Source of the DNA: Diadema antillarum
Taxonomy: Eukaryota
Direction: 5' to 3'
NCBI RefSeq assembly: GCF_040938485.1
Contig: NW_027271025.1
Coordinates: 558,001-622,000 of the forward strand
DNA length: 64,000 nt
A model generated the notes under the pieces. It was not told the DNA's origin and made no database searches. It worked only from the letters and a program-made list of their open reading frames with translations. Shown piece by piece: positions 31,216 to 42,485 of this stretch; position 1 is the stretch's first letter, and each line of letters starts with the position of its first letter. Made by a program: the position numbers and the translations under genes.

Positions 31216-34200
31216 TGTAACCCGAATGTTACACTCCCGAGTTCATAAATAAAGAATATCACACCTGGGATTCAGTTTTGACAAAATAATCCAATGACAA
31301 ACTTTATTAACTTGTTTGTCGTTCAACAAAGTACATCATTCAATTCAATATGTTCACAGACTCAAATGTAACCTTTGTTACATTAGCATAATTAAATATT
31401 TGCCAGTGTATGACGATATTTCGACTCGTTGCTGTCTCTTTGTCTCTCTCGCCGGTTATCCTGTCGACGAGCCCAGAGTAGTCGCAAACCAGTCGTACAC
31501 GGTAGCTGATGCAATGCTCAGTAGCCGTCAGTCACGCTGAACCAAGCAAAGGCTGGCCAAAGCTCTCGTCCAAATATGTATCTAGTCAAAAGAATTTATA
31601 AGACACAGGACTTTCCTAATATAGTGTCTTTCTAATCAATAATATTTCTTCAGGAGTATGGAAGTCCACTCCAAAATCTGATCTGATACATTGTCTCTAC
31701 ATATACATGCCTCATAAACATATATGAGTGCATTAGACAATACAGATACAAATTCCAGTCACATACATTCAAATGTTTGTCAATTCATTTTGACATACAG
31801 GTGCTAAATACGGTCAGAATAACTTCTCTTCAGTTAAACATTTTCAGCATCCTGAATTATATCCAACACTGCTGCCACAAATAAAGCTTTGATCTATCTG
31901 ATCGACTGGCAGTATAGTTGCTTCATCTGGGGTCGACAAATATTGTGACTCCGATTCAAATATTATAGTTTGAGTGGAAATAATGCTCCACGCACACAAT
32001 AATTACACTGAGCAGTTGTACACCTTACCACGCATGTACAGTTAACATGTATACATTCTAAAGAGCATGAATGTATAACCCTTTTATATTCACAATGGCA
32101 CAACTATTCCTCACATTTAGTTCTTTGCAAGGTTCTTCACATCTAGTGGCTAGTCCTCCCCCTCTAGAGTTAAACATTCCACAATTCAATAGTGCAGTGA
32201 CCTCTGTCACTCACAGGGAACGGTCAGTGGACATAAATCTGTCAGTTCAGACGAGGGGGGGGGGTGCTGCACATTGTAGACCTCAATGTTTACGAGCATA
32301 GCCTCACTTTCTCTGAGTGTGAGGGTCTACCGGGCATTTCAATATGTATGTAATCAAATTAAAATCTGACTTCTAATGCCAAGTCAGTTTCCCAATTTCA
32401 TCTGTCTAATAATGAACTTGAGTGTATGCCTAATCATGTCCATTCATAAAACATTCGAAGCGCAAATACCTTGAAGTGCATTGCAATATATCTTCAAATA
32501 ATATACAAGCAACAATCATCAATCATCAATACTTTTGGCATAACATATGATAACTTCGGAATTTATATACATGATATCAGAGTCTTCTTCTTAACAAGCA
32601 ACCTCCATGTCTATGGATTGGGGTTCATAACTACAAACACTCTCCAATGCAATACATAACATGAGAAATACAATGACTTACCTAGTCAAAAGAGCCAACA
32701 CTCGTTTTCACTACAAGTTGCTCCACACGGCAGTCAGTGGATGTACGTGCCACAACCAGTTGTATCACAGGCACATAAAAATTGTATATAACAATACAGC
32801 TGATGCTTGTGGGGGTCTACCAGTGTTTTGTGGTAACCTCTCAGCAGATAAATGTGTGAAAAAACTTTCTGGATCACACAGTCGATGTAACAAGCAAAGT
32901 GGGTGCAGGCCTCAAAGCGCTGGCAGGAAGCAGATATGCCTATTTGCTCCAAAGCTATGGGCTTTTATAATTTTCTGTCTCTCTGTAAAATGTTAATATT
33001 ACAAACTTTCTCGAGAAAATCAGAAACTTCCAGGAAGTTAACTGACCAGCAGAAATTTCATTGGTTCATGTTTCTATGACATCATTCAAAGTCTGCCTCA
33101 TTGGCTAGAGGTCACTCATTCCCCTTGACTTCCAGGAACATTACTGACGTACTGACCATCCACTTGGCCAGACAAAGTCTTAACATTGACCAAGGGCAGT
33201 AACGACAGGCTTTCCAGTCACTCTCGAGCATTCTGCCTACAGGGCTTTAAAGTTGCACTCCTGTGACCTTGGTCACTAGAGCTGCTGCCTAACCAGCATA
33301 GCTATATAACACATTGTTTATACTCATGCAAACACCGATCTAGTTAACATACTAGACAAATCGTATAGCATAAGTCATAAAAGCACTCAATTAGAATATA
33401 GAGACATAATTATATCTCATTTGCATAAATGATGTATTAAACATAACCACTGCACATACATATCTCTTATGCTGAAGTGCGTGGATCACACTTTGTTCTG
33501 AACACATGACATATCAAATAATAATCTTGCAAAAAGTCATATCCTTTCAGCCATTGATCATAGTAGCACAACAGTATCTGTAATATAAAAGGTAACACGA
33601 GCAAAGTAAATCTAGTAATGTATGGAGTTACTCTACTTTAAGGCACACGCAAAGCTAGCCTAAACAGTTCATTGGAAATTAGGGGGGGGGGGGTATGTGA
33701 GAAGAAAGGAATAGGAGGGGGCAGAATTTGGGCTAGACGTGCACTCTACGTCATTGTCACAGAAAATGTTGGTCTACAGTTAGAACCAGTCCACTCTGTA
33801 TAGGCTTTGCCCATGGTAGGACACTGTCCCTAAATCCCAAAGCAACTACTACTTTGTCCTAGCAAGAATGACCTTCCTCTTCTGAGACATGGTCCTTTCG
33901 TTTCTCTTGATGTGCCTACACACCAACAAAAGGGAGGGGTGCTTAAAACAATATCCCTAGACTGGCTAGCTTGCTCCATCCTTGAGTTTTATTACACCTA
34001 CATAGTCTAACACCAGCAGGGGCGTTTCACAGGGCTTGACCAGTCTCAATACACACAGGCTTACAATTGGACATTGGCTATTGGGGTCAAAGGCTGAAGG
34101 GGAAATCTTAAGACTAATCTTGGGGGTTACTAGTACACTGGTCGAGGGGTTGTTGGAAAACAGGTGGGGTACGGACGTCAGAGGAGGGATGAATGGAGGG

Positions 34201-34301
34201 GGTGGTGATAACAGTGACCATGGGTCTTCCAAGGAAGTAGGTATCTAGTCTGACGACATTTCTGGAGAAATCTTAGTAACCCAAATTTTGGTGGGGTTAC
34301 A
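31216..34301 (-). repeat. LTR 4 (3086 bp), outermost 5' LTR of the array
   Basis: Same termini. PBS is on the inner side, but the outer side is unrelated MITE sequence (catgcaaaac...) instead of a PPT. Confidence 0.95.
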
Positions 34302-34627
34302 CATGCAAAACTCTTTCCGGGTGAGTCGCGGGGTTTGCCCGCGGAGGTACACGCAGAACACCAGTAGGAGGCCTTTGAGCGGCAGCACCTCAAAGGCGAC
34401 TCCCACGCAGGTACTTCGCAGTCCCCGTGTGTCGCTCGTAACTGAAAACGGGTCGATTTCGAAGCTCTCACGCAGGTCACACGGAATACACGCAAGTAGC
34501 ACGCGTCTAGCAGTAAGGCACAAGTAGGAAACTCGCAAACATACTTTTCCGCCCGCAGAAAATTCTCCTGCGTGCTGGAAAATCCCTACTCGCAACAGGC
34601 CCGCGCATCTTCTCCACACTAGGCTTT
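34302..34627. mobile_element. Right-hand part of a MITE interrupted by the Gypsy array (same family as 55988-57101)
   Basis: gcaggtacttcgcagt...cgtaac.gaaaac...gcccgcagaaaattctcctgc.tgctggaaaatccctactcg matches 56860-57065. Confidence 0.8.
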
Positions 34628-34891
34628 TTGTTGGGACCTATAAACACCAAGCTTTGCTTTTTAGTAGGTAAAATTGTATTTCTCTATATCAACTTTCAAC
34701 TTTATTTTCACCTCCATCAAAATGAACAAAGAACTTTATGTACATTGCGTATACACAGGACATTTGTGATACAGAACAAAACTTGAAAAGGTACATAAGA
34801 AAATTATGAAAGTGAAAAGTAGATGTGATTACATCTTTGTTAAATACATAAAGCGTATAATACAAGTCAACTAAGGATGAGGATGGAAGTG

Positions 34892-34935
34892 GAGGGTCCC
34901 ACTAAGAAGCAAAGCTTGTACGATATGGGACCCTC
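34892..34935 (-). other. 3' UTR stem-loop of LINE A
   Basis: GAGGGTCCCA / TGGGACCCTC is a perfect 10-bp stem with a 24-nt loop. Confidence 0.6.
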
Positions 34936-35328
34936 AGAAAAATACACAAAACATCAATATAAAACACAATAAACGAACCGATGTCAACTGACATCAAAAT
35001 GATTGGGAAGAGGAAAAAGAGAGAAAAGGAAAGGAAAAAGAAGAGGAAAAAAAGAGAGGAAAAAAAGGGAGAAAAAAGAGGGAACTACAGCATGTGCCAT
35101 CGTGGACGCAAGCAATCTGGATTTCATAATGTAAAATAAGTGATAAAATACAAGCTGGATTGAATGTAATGCAAAACATTTTTTATACGTAGTTATGTTG
35201 GTAAGAATGCAGGAGAAAAAAAAACCACATCGTTATATTTAGAACACAGAGAGGGACATAGTTTAATAGGAGGACTTATGTAAAAAAAAAAAAAAAAATG
35301 ATGACTTGACTGAGATGATAAAGGGAAA

Positions 35329-38300
35329 CTAACTCTGTTGGATGTTGTAAAGTTTCAATAAAAATGGTTTTAATTTATTCTTAAAGAAATTCAGAGATTG
35401 AGCAGTAGTAATGTTACTGGGAAGTGAATTCCAGTACTTTGGCCCGTCGTAAATAAATGTGTTTTGAGCCAACAAAGTTCTCAGAAATGGCAAATGGAAA
35501 TCATTTGATCGCCGTGTTGGATAATTATGAATGGATTGATTTCTTTGAAACATTGTTTCAAATATATTTGGGAGATTATTTTTATTATAATTATACATAA
35601 ATTGTCCTAGATTAAACAAATACAAATCATTAATTTTCAATATTTTATGCTCATAAAATAGTGGGTCAGTATGGGACAAAAATGCAGTATGACATATAAC
35701 ACGGAGTGATTTCTTTTGCAATAAAAGTAATTTATCTAAGAATGTTTTATATGTATTTCCCCACGCGAGAATACCGTAACTTAAATGTGGCAATATTAAG
35801 GATGAATATAATACGAGCAGGGACGACAAAGGAAAACAAAACTTAAGCTTATTAATTATACCAATATTACGTGAAATAATTTTACATATACTGTCAATAT
35901 GAAATTTCCAGGACAGCTTATTGTCAACTGTTACTCCAAGAAATTTTATATGGGAGACATTTTCGAGTGGAGTACCATCTAAAACAATATCAACAGGTAA
36001 TGCCTCAGTAGAATTACTAAAGAGCATATATTTTGTTTTTTGAAGGTTAAGAGATAGCTTATTTGCTTTTATCCACTGGGCAACATTTTCTAATTCTAAA
36101 TTTATTGTATTAACAAGGGTAAAAAGATTATTGTGTGAAAAAAATAGATTTGAGTCGTCTGCAAAAAGAATAAAAGAAAGAACATCTGATGATCTACAAA
36201 AATCATTTATGTAAACAGTAAACAACAGTGGACCTAATAAACTTCCCTGTGGCACCCCACATTTAATATTTAATATTTGTGAATTACAACCATTTAAAGA
36301 AACATATTGTTTCCTGTTCATGAGGTAGCTCCTGAACCACTCCAAGGCCTTCCCACGAACTCCATAATGGTGTAATTTGTTAAGTAAAATATCATGATTG
36401 ATGGTGTCGAAGGCCTTGGAGAAGTCCAGGAACAAACCTATCAAATGAGAAGATTTATCGATAGCATGTGCCACTTTTTCTATAAAACTCAATAATGCAT
36501 GTGTGGTGCTATGTTTCTCCCTAAATCCAAATTGAGAATTCGTAAATATATGATTAAATTTAAAGAAATTAATAGTTCTTTTATAAATAATTTTTTCAAG
36601 AATTTTTGACAATGCACTTAACAAAGAAATTGGTCGGTAATTATTTACATCTAATTTGTCACCTTTTTTAAACAAGGGGATGACTTTTGCTATTTTCATA
36701 CTTTCGGGGAAGGTGCCATTAAAAAGGGATAGATTAAATATATGAGCTAAGGGATCCGCAATTGACGATATTACCCCCTTTAAAAGAAAATTGCTGATGT
36801 CATCGTGTCCAGCACTTTTTTTGGAACTGAAATCAGAGACAATATTAATTATCTCCTGAGTGTATGTTGGATTAAAAAATATTGAACTAGAATTTGGGGG
36901 ACCCAAAAATTCGGAAAAATGTTTTGTGGAGGGAGGAATATTACTTGCCAGGCTTTCCCCAATTGAAGAAAAATGGTTATTCAAAACATCACAAATTTGT
37001 TGAGAATCTTCAAGAATTTCACCATCAAATCTAATTTTTGTAATATTTGACTTAACATTTGATATATTCATGGCTTGCTTTAAAACTTTCCATGTATTTT
37101 GCATATCATGCCTGTAAAATTGTAACTGATTAGTATAATATTTTTTCTTTTCTATTCGTATAATTTTCGTCAAAGTATTTTTATAACTAGTGTATTTCAA
37201 CTTTGATTGCTCAGTACGTTTCATTTTAAATCTGTAATATAAATTATTCTTTCTATTTATTGAACGCAGGAGCGATTTTGAAATCCATGGGAGCCTGGGT
37301 ATTTTTTTTTGTAATTAGCTGATTTTTCTCTACGTTTTGGAATACAAATGTCCAAATGTTGGATAAAAATCTTCATAAAATATTCATAAGACAAATTAAC
37401 ATCATCTGTATCAAAGATACAGGACCAGTCTGCGGTGTCTAAGCTAGCACCTAGCCTGGCTATACTTTCATGAGTAATTCTTCGTTTAAATATATTGTTG
37501 TTTTTATTATTAACTGTTCCATTTAAAGAAAAACCAGTCGAGATGGGGAAATGATCGGTGATATCTGAGAGTACTATAAAAGAATCAGGAGGAGGAAGAA
37601 TGTTACAAAAAATGTTATCAATTAAAGAAACAGATTCATTAACTATACGTGTGGGTTTAGATATTAAGGGTAAAAAAGAGGCAGACAAAAATATTTCCAA
37701 AAAATCTTGCGACATATTATTCTGTTTTAGCAAATCTATATTAAAATCACCCATTATAAAACAATTTTTGTTGATAAAAAGTGGGTTTTTAACCAGATCC
37801 GAAAAATAATCTAAAAATGATTTAGTATTCGCGTTTGGTGGTCTATATACTACACCTATGATTATATTTTTGCTGCCTGGAACTGTGATTTCAATAAATA
37901 AAGACTCAAAAAAATCAGTCATACTGGTGAACTCATCGCGGACTACATAATCATAATTTTGTTTAACATATATGGCAACGCCTCCACCTACCCTATTTTG
38001 TCTGTTATTAACCACTAAATCGTACCCGTCGAGAGCGAAGGGAAGACTGGAGTCATGAGAGAGCCAGGTTTCGGTTAAACCTACCGCCGAGATATTATGC
38101 ATGATGGGACTATTTAAAAATAACCTCAATTCTTCAAAATGCTTATTAATACTTCTAATATTAAAATGTAAAAGAGAAAAAGTAGTACTATCATATTCCT
38201 TGACAACATTGGTAAATTGGGATTGAGTAAGATATTCAGAAGACGGACTTTGCAATTGGTTCTCTGTGTCAAAATCATAGTCTAATTCTTGCGGCGATGA

Positions 38301-38534
38301 ATTAAAACTGTCAGAAACATAATTATCAAAAAAAATGTCATTTTGATTGATATTTGATTCGTTTTGTTCAAAAGAAGGTCCTGCCAAATCAAAAAAGTCA
38401 TCATCATTAATTGAATTGAATGCTGTGTCTATAGAATTGCGTATGAAAGGGTGAGCGTGTTGTCCGTTGCTTGAGTCCACGAGGGCACCTGTAGAGGGCA
38501 GTATAGAACAATTTGACTGTGGAGATTGTTGCAA
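35329..38534 (-). pseudogene. LINE A ORF2 (APE endonuclease and RT), one frameshift at an A9 run (37302-37310)
   Basis: APE motifs NIRS, ETWL, GDFN, IDNI, DHFP. RT motifs GVPQGSLLGP and FADD. Correcting the A-run gives NYKK(K)IPRLPWISKSLLRSINRKN, which matches LINE B. Confidence 0.9.
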
Positions 38535-38884
38535 TATTGCAGTTACACATTTTATCGTTGTCTCTTAATATAACGTTGTCTACAAAGGAAAATAGGATCG
38601 TCCTATACATAACATTAATACGATCTAAGTAGGCACAAACATAAAGAGAACAGTTTGTCATAAGCATGAATACTGATATTCAAAATAGCATTCTTTTACT
38701 CTGATAAAGACACATCGACCGCTATTTTGTATTTTTTGGGTATTATATCCAAGCTGGACATTCTCTATTATTATAATATATTCTTATATTTTAAGTATTT
38801 TGCATCGAGAAATACGAAAATAAAATTGAAGTCCTTATACGTATTATGATTGAAGTCCTTATTATGTGATTGCTTTCCGTGCTT

Positions 38885-38941
38885 GTCATTTTGCCTCTGA
38901 CGAAGATTCTGCTAGGATCGAAAGCTCAGGCCCCTTTTGAC
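38885..38941 (+). ncRNA. Minimal type I hammerhead ribozyme, copy 1
   Basis: Stem I GCCU/AGGC (extended by GUCA/UGAC), core CUGACGA, stem II GAUUC/GGAUC, GAAA, palindromic AGCU in place of stem III, predicted cleavage after C38927. Confidence 0.75.
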
Positions 38942-39198
38942 TCCATTTTACTCCATTGGCTCGCCTTTATTGGATAGGCAGTTTTCAGCAGTTTTTTTGC
39001 CACATTTAGTTCATTTTCTGCTGTTGCATCACGCCCACGTGATCCTCCTTATCCTCTTTGTCTTCTCTGTTCTGTTTTAATTGTTTTAACTGTTTTATTG
39101 CTTTGTTCCAGTTCAGTCTCCTTCCTAGCCCTCTTTCACTCCCACTTCTGTTCCTGTTGTGTGAAGTCCTTATATGTGATTGCTTTCCCTGCTTGTTT

Positions 39199-39255
39199 GT
39201 CATTTTGCCTCTGACGAAGATTCTGCTAGGATCGAAAGCTCAGGCCCCTTTTGAC
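39199..39255 (+). ncRNA. Minimal type I hammerhead ribozyme, copy 2
   Basis: Identical motif; predicted cleavage after C39241. Confidence 0.75.
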
Positions 39256-39274
39256 TCCAAAATAGAATTGATAT

Positions 39275-39640
39275 TGAAATTGAATTGTCACCTGAAGCCA
39301 GGAACTGCGCCGTGATGGCCAGCTTAAAGCCCGGAGTTAGTGCGTTCCTCATCTATTATTCCTGCTTCTGTATCCTTGGCCCCACTCATCGAACATAACA
39401 GGCTCCATCCTGAAGTTTTTAAAGAAGGGCTTAGGATTTCAACTCTAAGCTTCTCCGTTAGCCTGGGATAATGTCTCTACAGCCTCCTGCTCTCCTCTGG
39501 CGGCCATGGTTGAGTGCGATATTTTCAGGGTCTTCTCCATCTGTTCCTTCTCTTTGCCTTCTCTACGTCTCTCTATCAAGTAGGTCGTGCTCAGGACAGC
39601 AATCTGCAGCAAAGCAACATGGTCCAAACGGTCCATACTC
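39275..39640 (-). pseudogene. PIF/Harbinger transposase N-terminal relic
   Basis: Across stops and frameshifts: FFKNFRMEPVMFDE / VGPRIQKQE**MRNALTPGFKLAITAQFLASGD, which resembles the Harbinger helix-turn-helix region. A possible terminus lies near 40210-40222. Confidence 0.7.
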
Positions 39641-40280
39641 TATCATGGCTGGGCTGAGACTCATGAAAATGCTCGATTCACCAGTACTTGAAACCTTATC
39701 GCAGACCATTCCGGCGGGATTCTTGATGCACATCATGGAATATTCGTTTTACATTATGAGTACATTCTAAATATTCGCGTTGCATTCTGTTTGAATTCTT
39801 GAACATTCAAATCATGTTTATTAGCTATTCCCGGAGCCTTTTGACTGCATTCGAGATAAATTTGTACAATGTACTTCATTCGGGACGCTTTCAGACCTGC
39901 TAACCAGACTTCGAGCAGCTACAATCGGTCGGCATTCGTACGGCATTCGAAGTGCTTTTGAAATATTCTGACTGCATTTTAATAGCATTCTTAATATTCC
40001 TATTGTGTTCCAACTACATTCGAACCACACTCGAGAGCTAAACGGAATATCACATTAGAATGATTCGATACAAAGCTGTTCCAAGTATTAGAACAACAAT
40101 TCTCAACAAACTGTAGGAATTTTAAATTCTTTCCCGAATGTGGCACGAATTTTGAAAATCTTTCATTCGAGTCACTTCTGCTTGATTCGTGCTATATATA
40201 ATACTATTCTGTGACGGGGATATAAGAATGACTGTTCACAGCTATGTCACTGATGCAGGCTGTTGTTGCAGCAATGTTAT

Positions 40281-40560
40281 TGAATTGAATTGAATTGAAT
40301 TGAATTTATTTATTCAGCATAAAAACAACAGAGAAAGACATTGATGAACAGTCATGACAGACACAGAGAAAAAAAAACATAACTTTATAAAGCTGAAGGG
40401 AAGCAGCCAACGAGGAATTAAGTTTCCTTAAAATCTGGCCGACCCAGAAAATCAATTTAAAAAAATGCATGGGTGGTAAATTATTTCATATTTATAAAAA
40501 AAAAAATGAGATGAACACATATACCGATGCAAGAACAAAACATAAAGCAATACAGCATGA
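40281..40560 (-). mobile_element. 3' end fragment of a LINE
   Basis: Minus strand AATAAATAAA followed by (TTCAA)n, the same tail architecture as LINE A and B. The upper boundary is approximate. Confidence 0.45.
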
Positions 40561-40606
40561 TACACACTACATTTACATTCTGAAGACAATACGACGAAAG
40601 TGAGTT

Positions 40607-41037
40607 ACACGGATAGTGTATTGACGTGTATTTCATCTCAGTTTACTTAATTATTTGGTTATCCCTCATGTTGGGCGACAAAATAGGCGGTTGCTATACA
40701 CAGGCGTTTTAGTTCATAAGCTGGTCGTGGGGAAATTATCTGTGGTCGTTAAATATAGACAGGTGGTAATATAAGACAAGATTGACTGTATTAGACACGG
40801 ACAGTGTATTGACTTGTATTTCATCTCAGTTTACTTAATTAGTTTGGTTATCCCTCATGTTGGGCGACAAAATAGGCGGTTGCTATACACAGGCGTTTTA
40901 GTTCATAAGTTGGTTGTGGGGAAATTATCTGTGGTCGTTAAATATAGACAGTGGTAATATAAGACAGGATTGACTGTATTAGACACGGACAGTGTATTGA
41001 CTTGTATTTCATCTCAGTTTGCTTAATTATTTGGTTA
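40607..41037. repeat. 188-bp tandem repeat, about 2.3 copies
   Basis: gtgtattgac...catctcagttt recurs at 40616, 40804 and 40992. Confidence 0.85.
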
Positions 41038-41323
41038 GGTGACAGATTAGCAAAAAACAGTAGATTTCTTTAAAAAACGGTAGGCGACTGAAATCTCTCA
41101 AAAGAGGCAGTCTTTACCGGTAGAGCATGTCATGCTTTAACCACTGAGTACCTCTCATCTTTAACAATTAGTGAAGGCGAACAGTAATTACAATAAAAAC
41201 GACATAATGAAGCCTGCAAATGTTGAAAAGATGGGGCTTTGTACCGGTACTCGACACGAACGACTTATATGTATTCTGATATGTATTCTGTTGTAGGGGC
41301 TATCCTGGGGAAAATCTCGCCTC

Positions 41324-42485
41324 GGACCCCGTTTACAGTGCGAGGCTCGGCCGCGGCCGAGCCGCGGCCTGGCCCAGCCCCGCTTCAGTGTAAACGCGCA
41401 AAAGGCCAAATGCGAGGCCAAAATTGGCCTCGCATTTGGCCTCGCTCTGGAGGTGGTCTCGGCCGCGGCCGAGCCGCGGCCGAGCCCGGCCTTTTCTCAG
41501 ACCCCGTTTACAGTGCGGGGCTGGGCCGAGCCGCGGCCGAGCCGCGGCCGAGCCCAGCCTCAATTGCGAGGCCGGGCTCCGCAATTTGTCCGTTTACACT
41601 GCCGGGCTCGGCCGCGCTTTTGATTCAAACCTTTCAATATTTTGTCGTAGTGGCGCTCTGCTTGTAAACAAATGCAATTTGGTATTGTCTGGTTTTCAGA
41701 CCCTTTGCCAATTGAATTCCGTGGCGACGAAGTCGCCGTTCGGGCAAAGGCCTTTGCCGAAGGAAAGAATCCTTTGCAGGACAAAACCACCTTAAACTAT
41801 ACTAGTTTTCGACGTTGAGGGGGTTAATATCCTGAATAGCGAAAGATACAGGCAGAGGGTTTGGAAGCCAGACTAAAATTGGCCGCGCAATTGGCCGCGC
41901 ATTTGGCCCAGCTTGCGTTTACACCAAGAAAAGGCCGGGCTCGGCCGCGGCTCGGCCGCGGCCGAGACCACCTCCAGAGCGAGGCCAAATGCGAGGCCAA
42001 TTTTGGCCTCGCATTTGGCCTTTTGCGCGTTTACACTGAAGCGGGGCTGGGCACGGCCGCGGCTCGGCCGCGGCCGAGCCTCGCACTGTAAACGGGGTCT
42101 AAGTGTAAACGCAAACTGGGCCAAATGCGCGGCCAATTTTAGTCTGGCTTCCAAACCCTCTGCCTGTACTATTTCACTTATCAGGATATTAACCCCCTCA
42201 ACGTCGAAAACTAGTATAGTTTAAGGTGGTTTTGTCCTGCAAAGGATTTTTTCCTTCGACAAAGGCCTTTGCCCGAACGGCGAATTCGTCGCCGCGGTAT
42301 TCAGTTGGCAAAGGGTGTGAAAACCAGACAATACCAAATTGGGTTTGTTTACAAGCAGAGCGCCACTACGACAAAATATTGAAAGGTTTTGATTAAAAGC
42401 GCGGCCGAGCCCAGCAGTGTAAACGGACAAAATTGCGGGGCTCGGCCGCACAATTGAGGCCGGGCCCGCACTGTAAACGGGGTCC
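41324..42485. mobile_element. Two interleaved GC-rich palindromic MITEs (Harbinger-like termini RGACCCCGTTTACAGTGCG)
   Basis: 41325-41496 is the reverse complement of 41928-42099. 41500-41924 is the reverse complement of 42103-42484. Junctions have 3-nt spacers (tca, caa, taa). Confidence 0.8.

Larger units (their letters stand above)
1..34301 (-). mobile_element. Tandem array of a Ty3/Gypsy LTR retrotransposon with shared LTRs (LTR-internal-LTR-internal...), at least 4 units, continuing beyond the left edge
   Basis: The ORF set repeats at offsets 9387, 9389 and 9392. Internal regions 6132-12434, 15521-21823 and 24913-31215 are each 6303 bp. Domain order is gag, PR, RT, RH, IN. A single LTR lies between successive internal regions. 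Unique flank starts at 34302. Confidence 0.97.
34689..38700 (-). mobile_element. CR1/L2-group non-LTR retrotransposon (LINE A), 5'-truncated
   Basis: APE and RT ORFs, a ~640-bp 3' UTR, and a minus-strand end AATAAAGTTGAAAGTTGA at ~34689. The 5' boundary is approximate. Confidence 0.88.
38826..39262 (+). mobile_element. Penelope-like pseudo-LTR relic or retrozyme-like unit with a ~90-bp direct repeat
   Basis: gtcctta..tgtgattgctttcc.tgcttg...gtcattttgcctctgacgaagattctgctaggatcgaaagctcaggccccttttgactcca occurs twice, 314 bp apart, with pyrimidine-rich sequence in between. Confidence 0.65.

Noticed and set aside
433-34248. Many short plus-strand and alternate-frame ORFs repeated four times in the ORF track
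   Set aside because: They are shadows of gag/pol codons or chance LTR ORFs. Recurrence only reflects the tandem duplication, and no domains were recognised.
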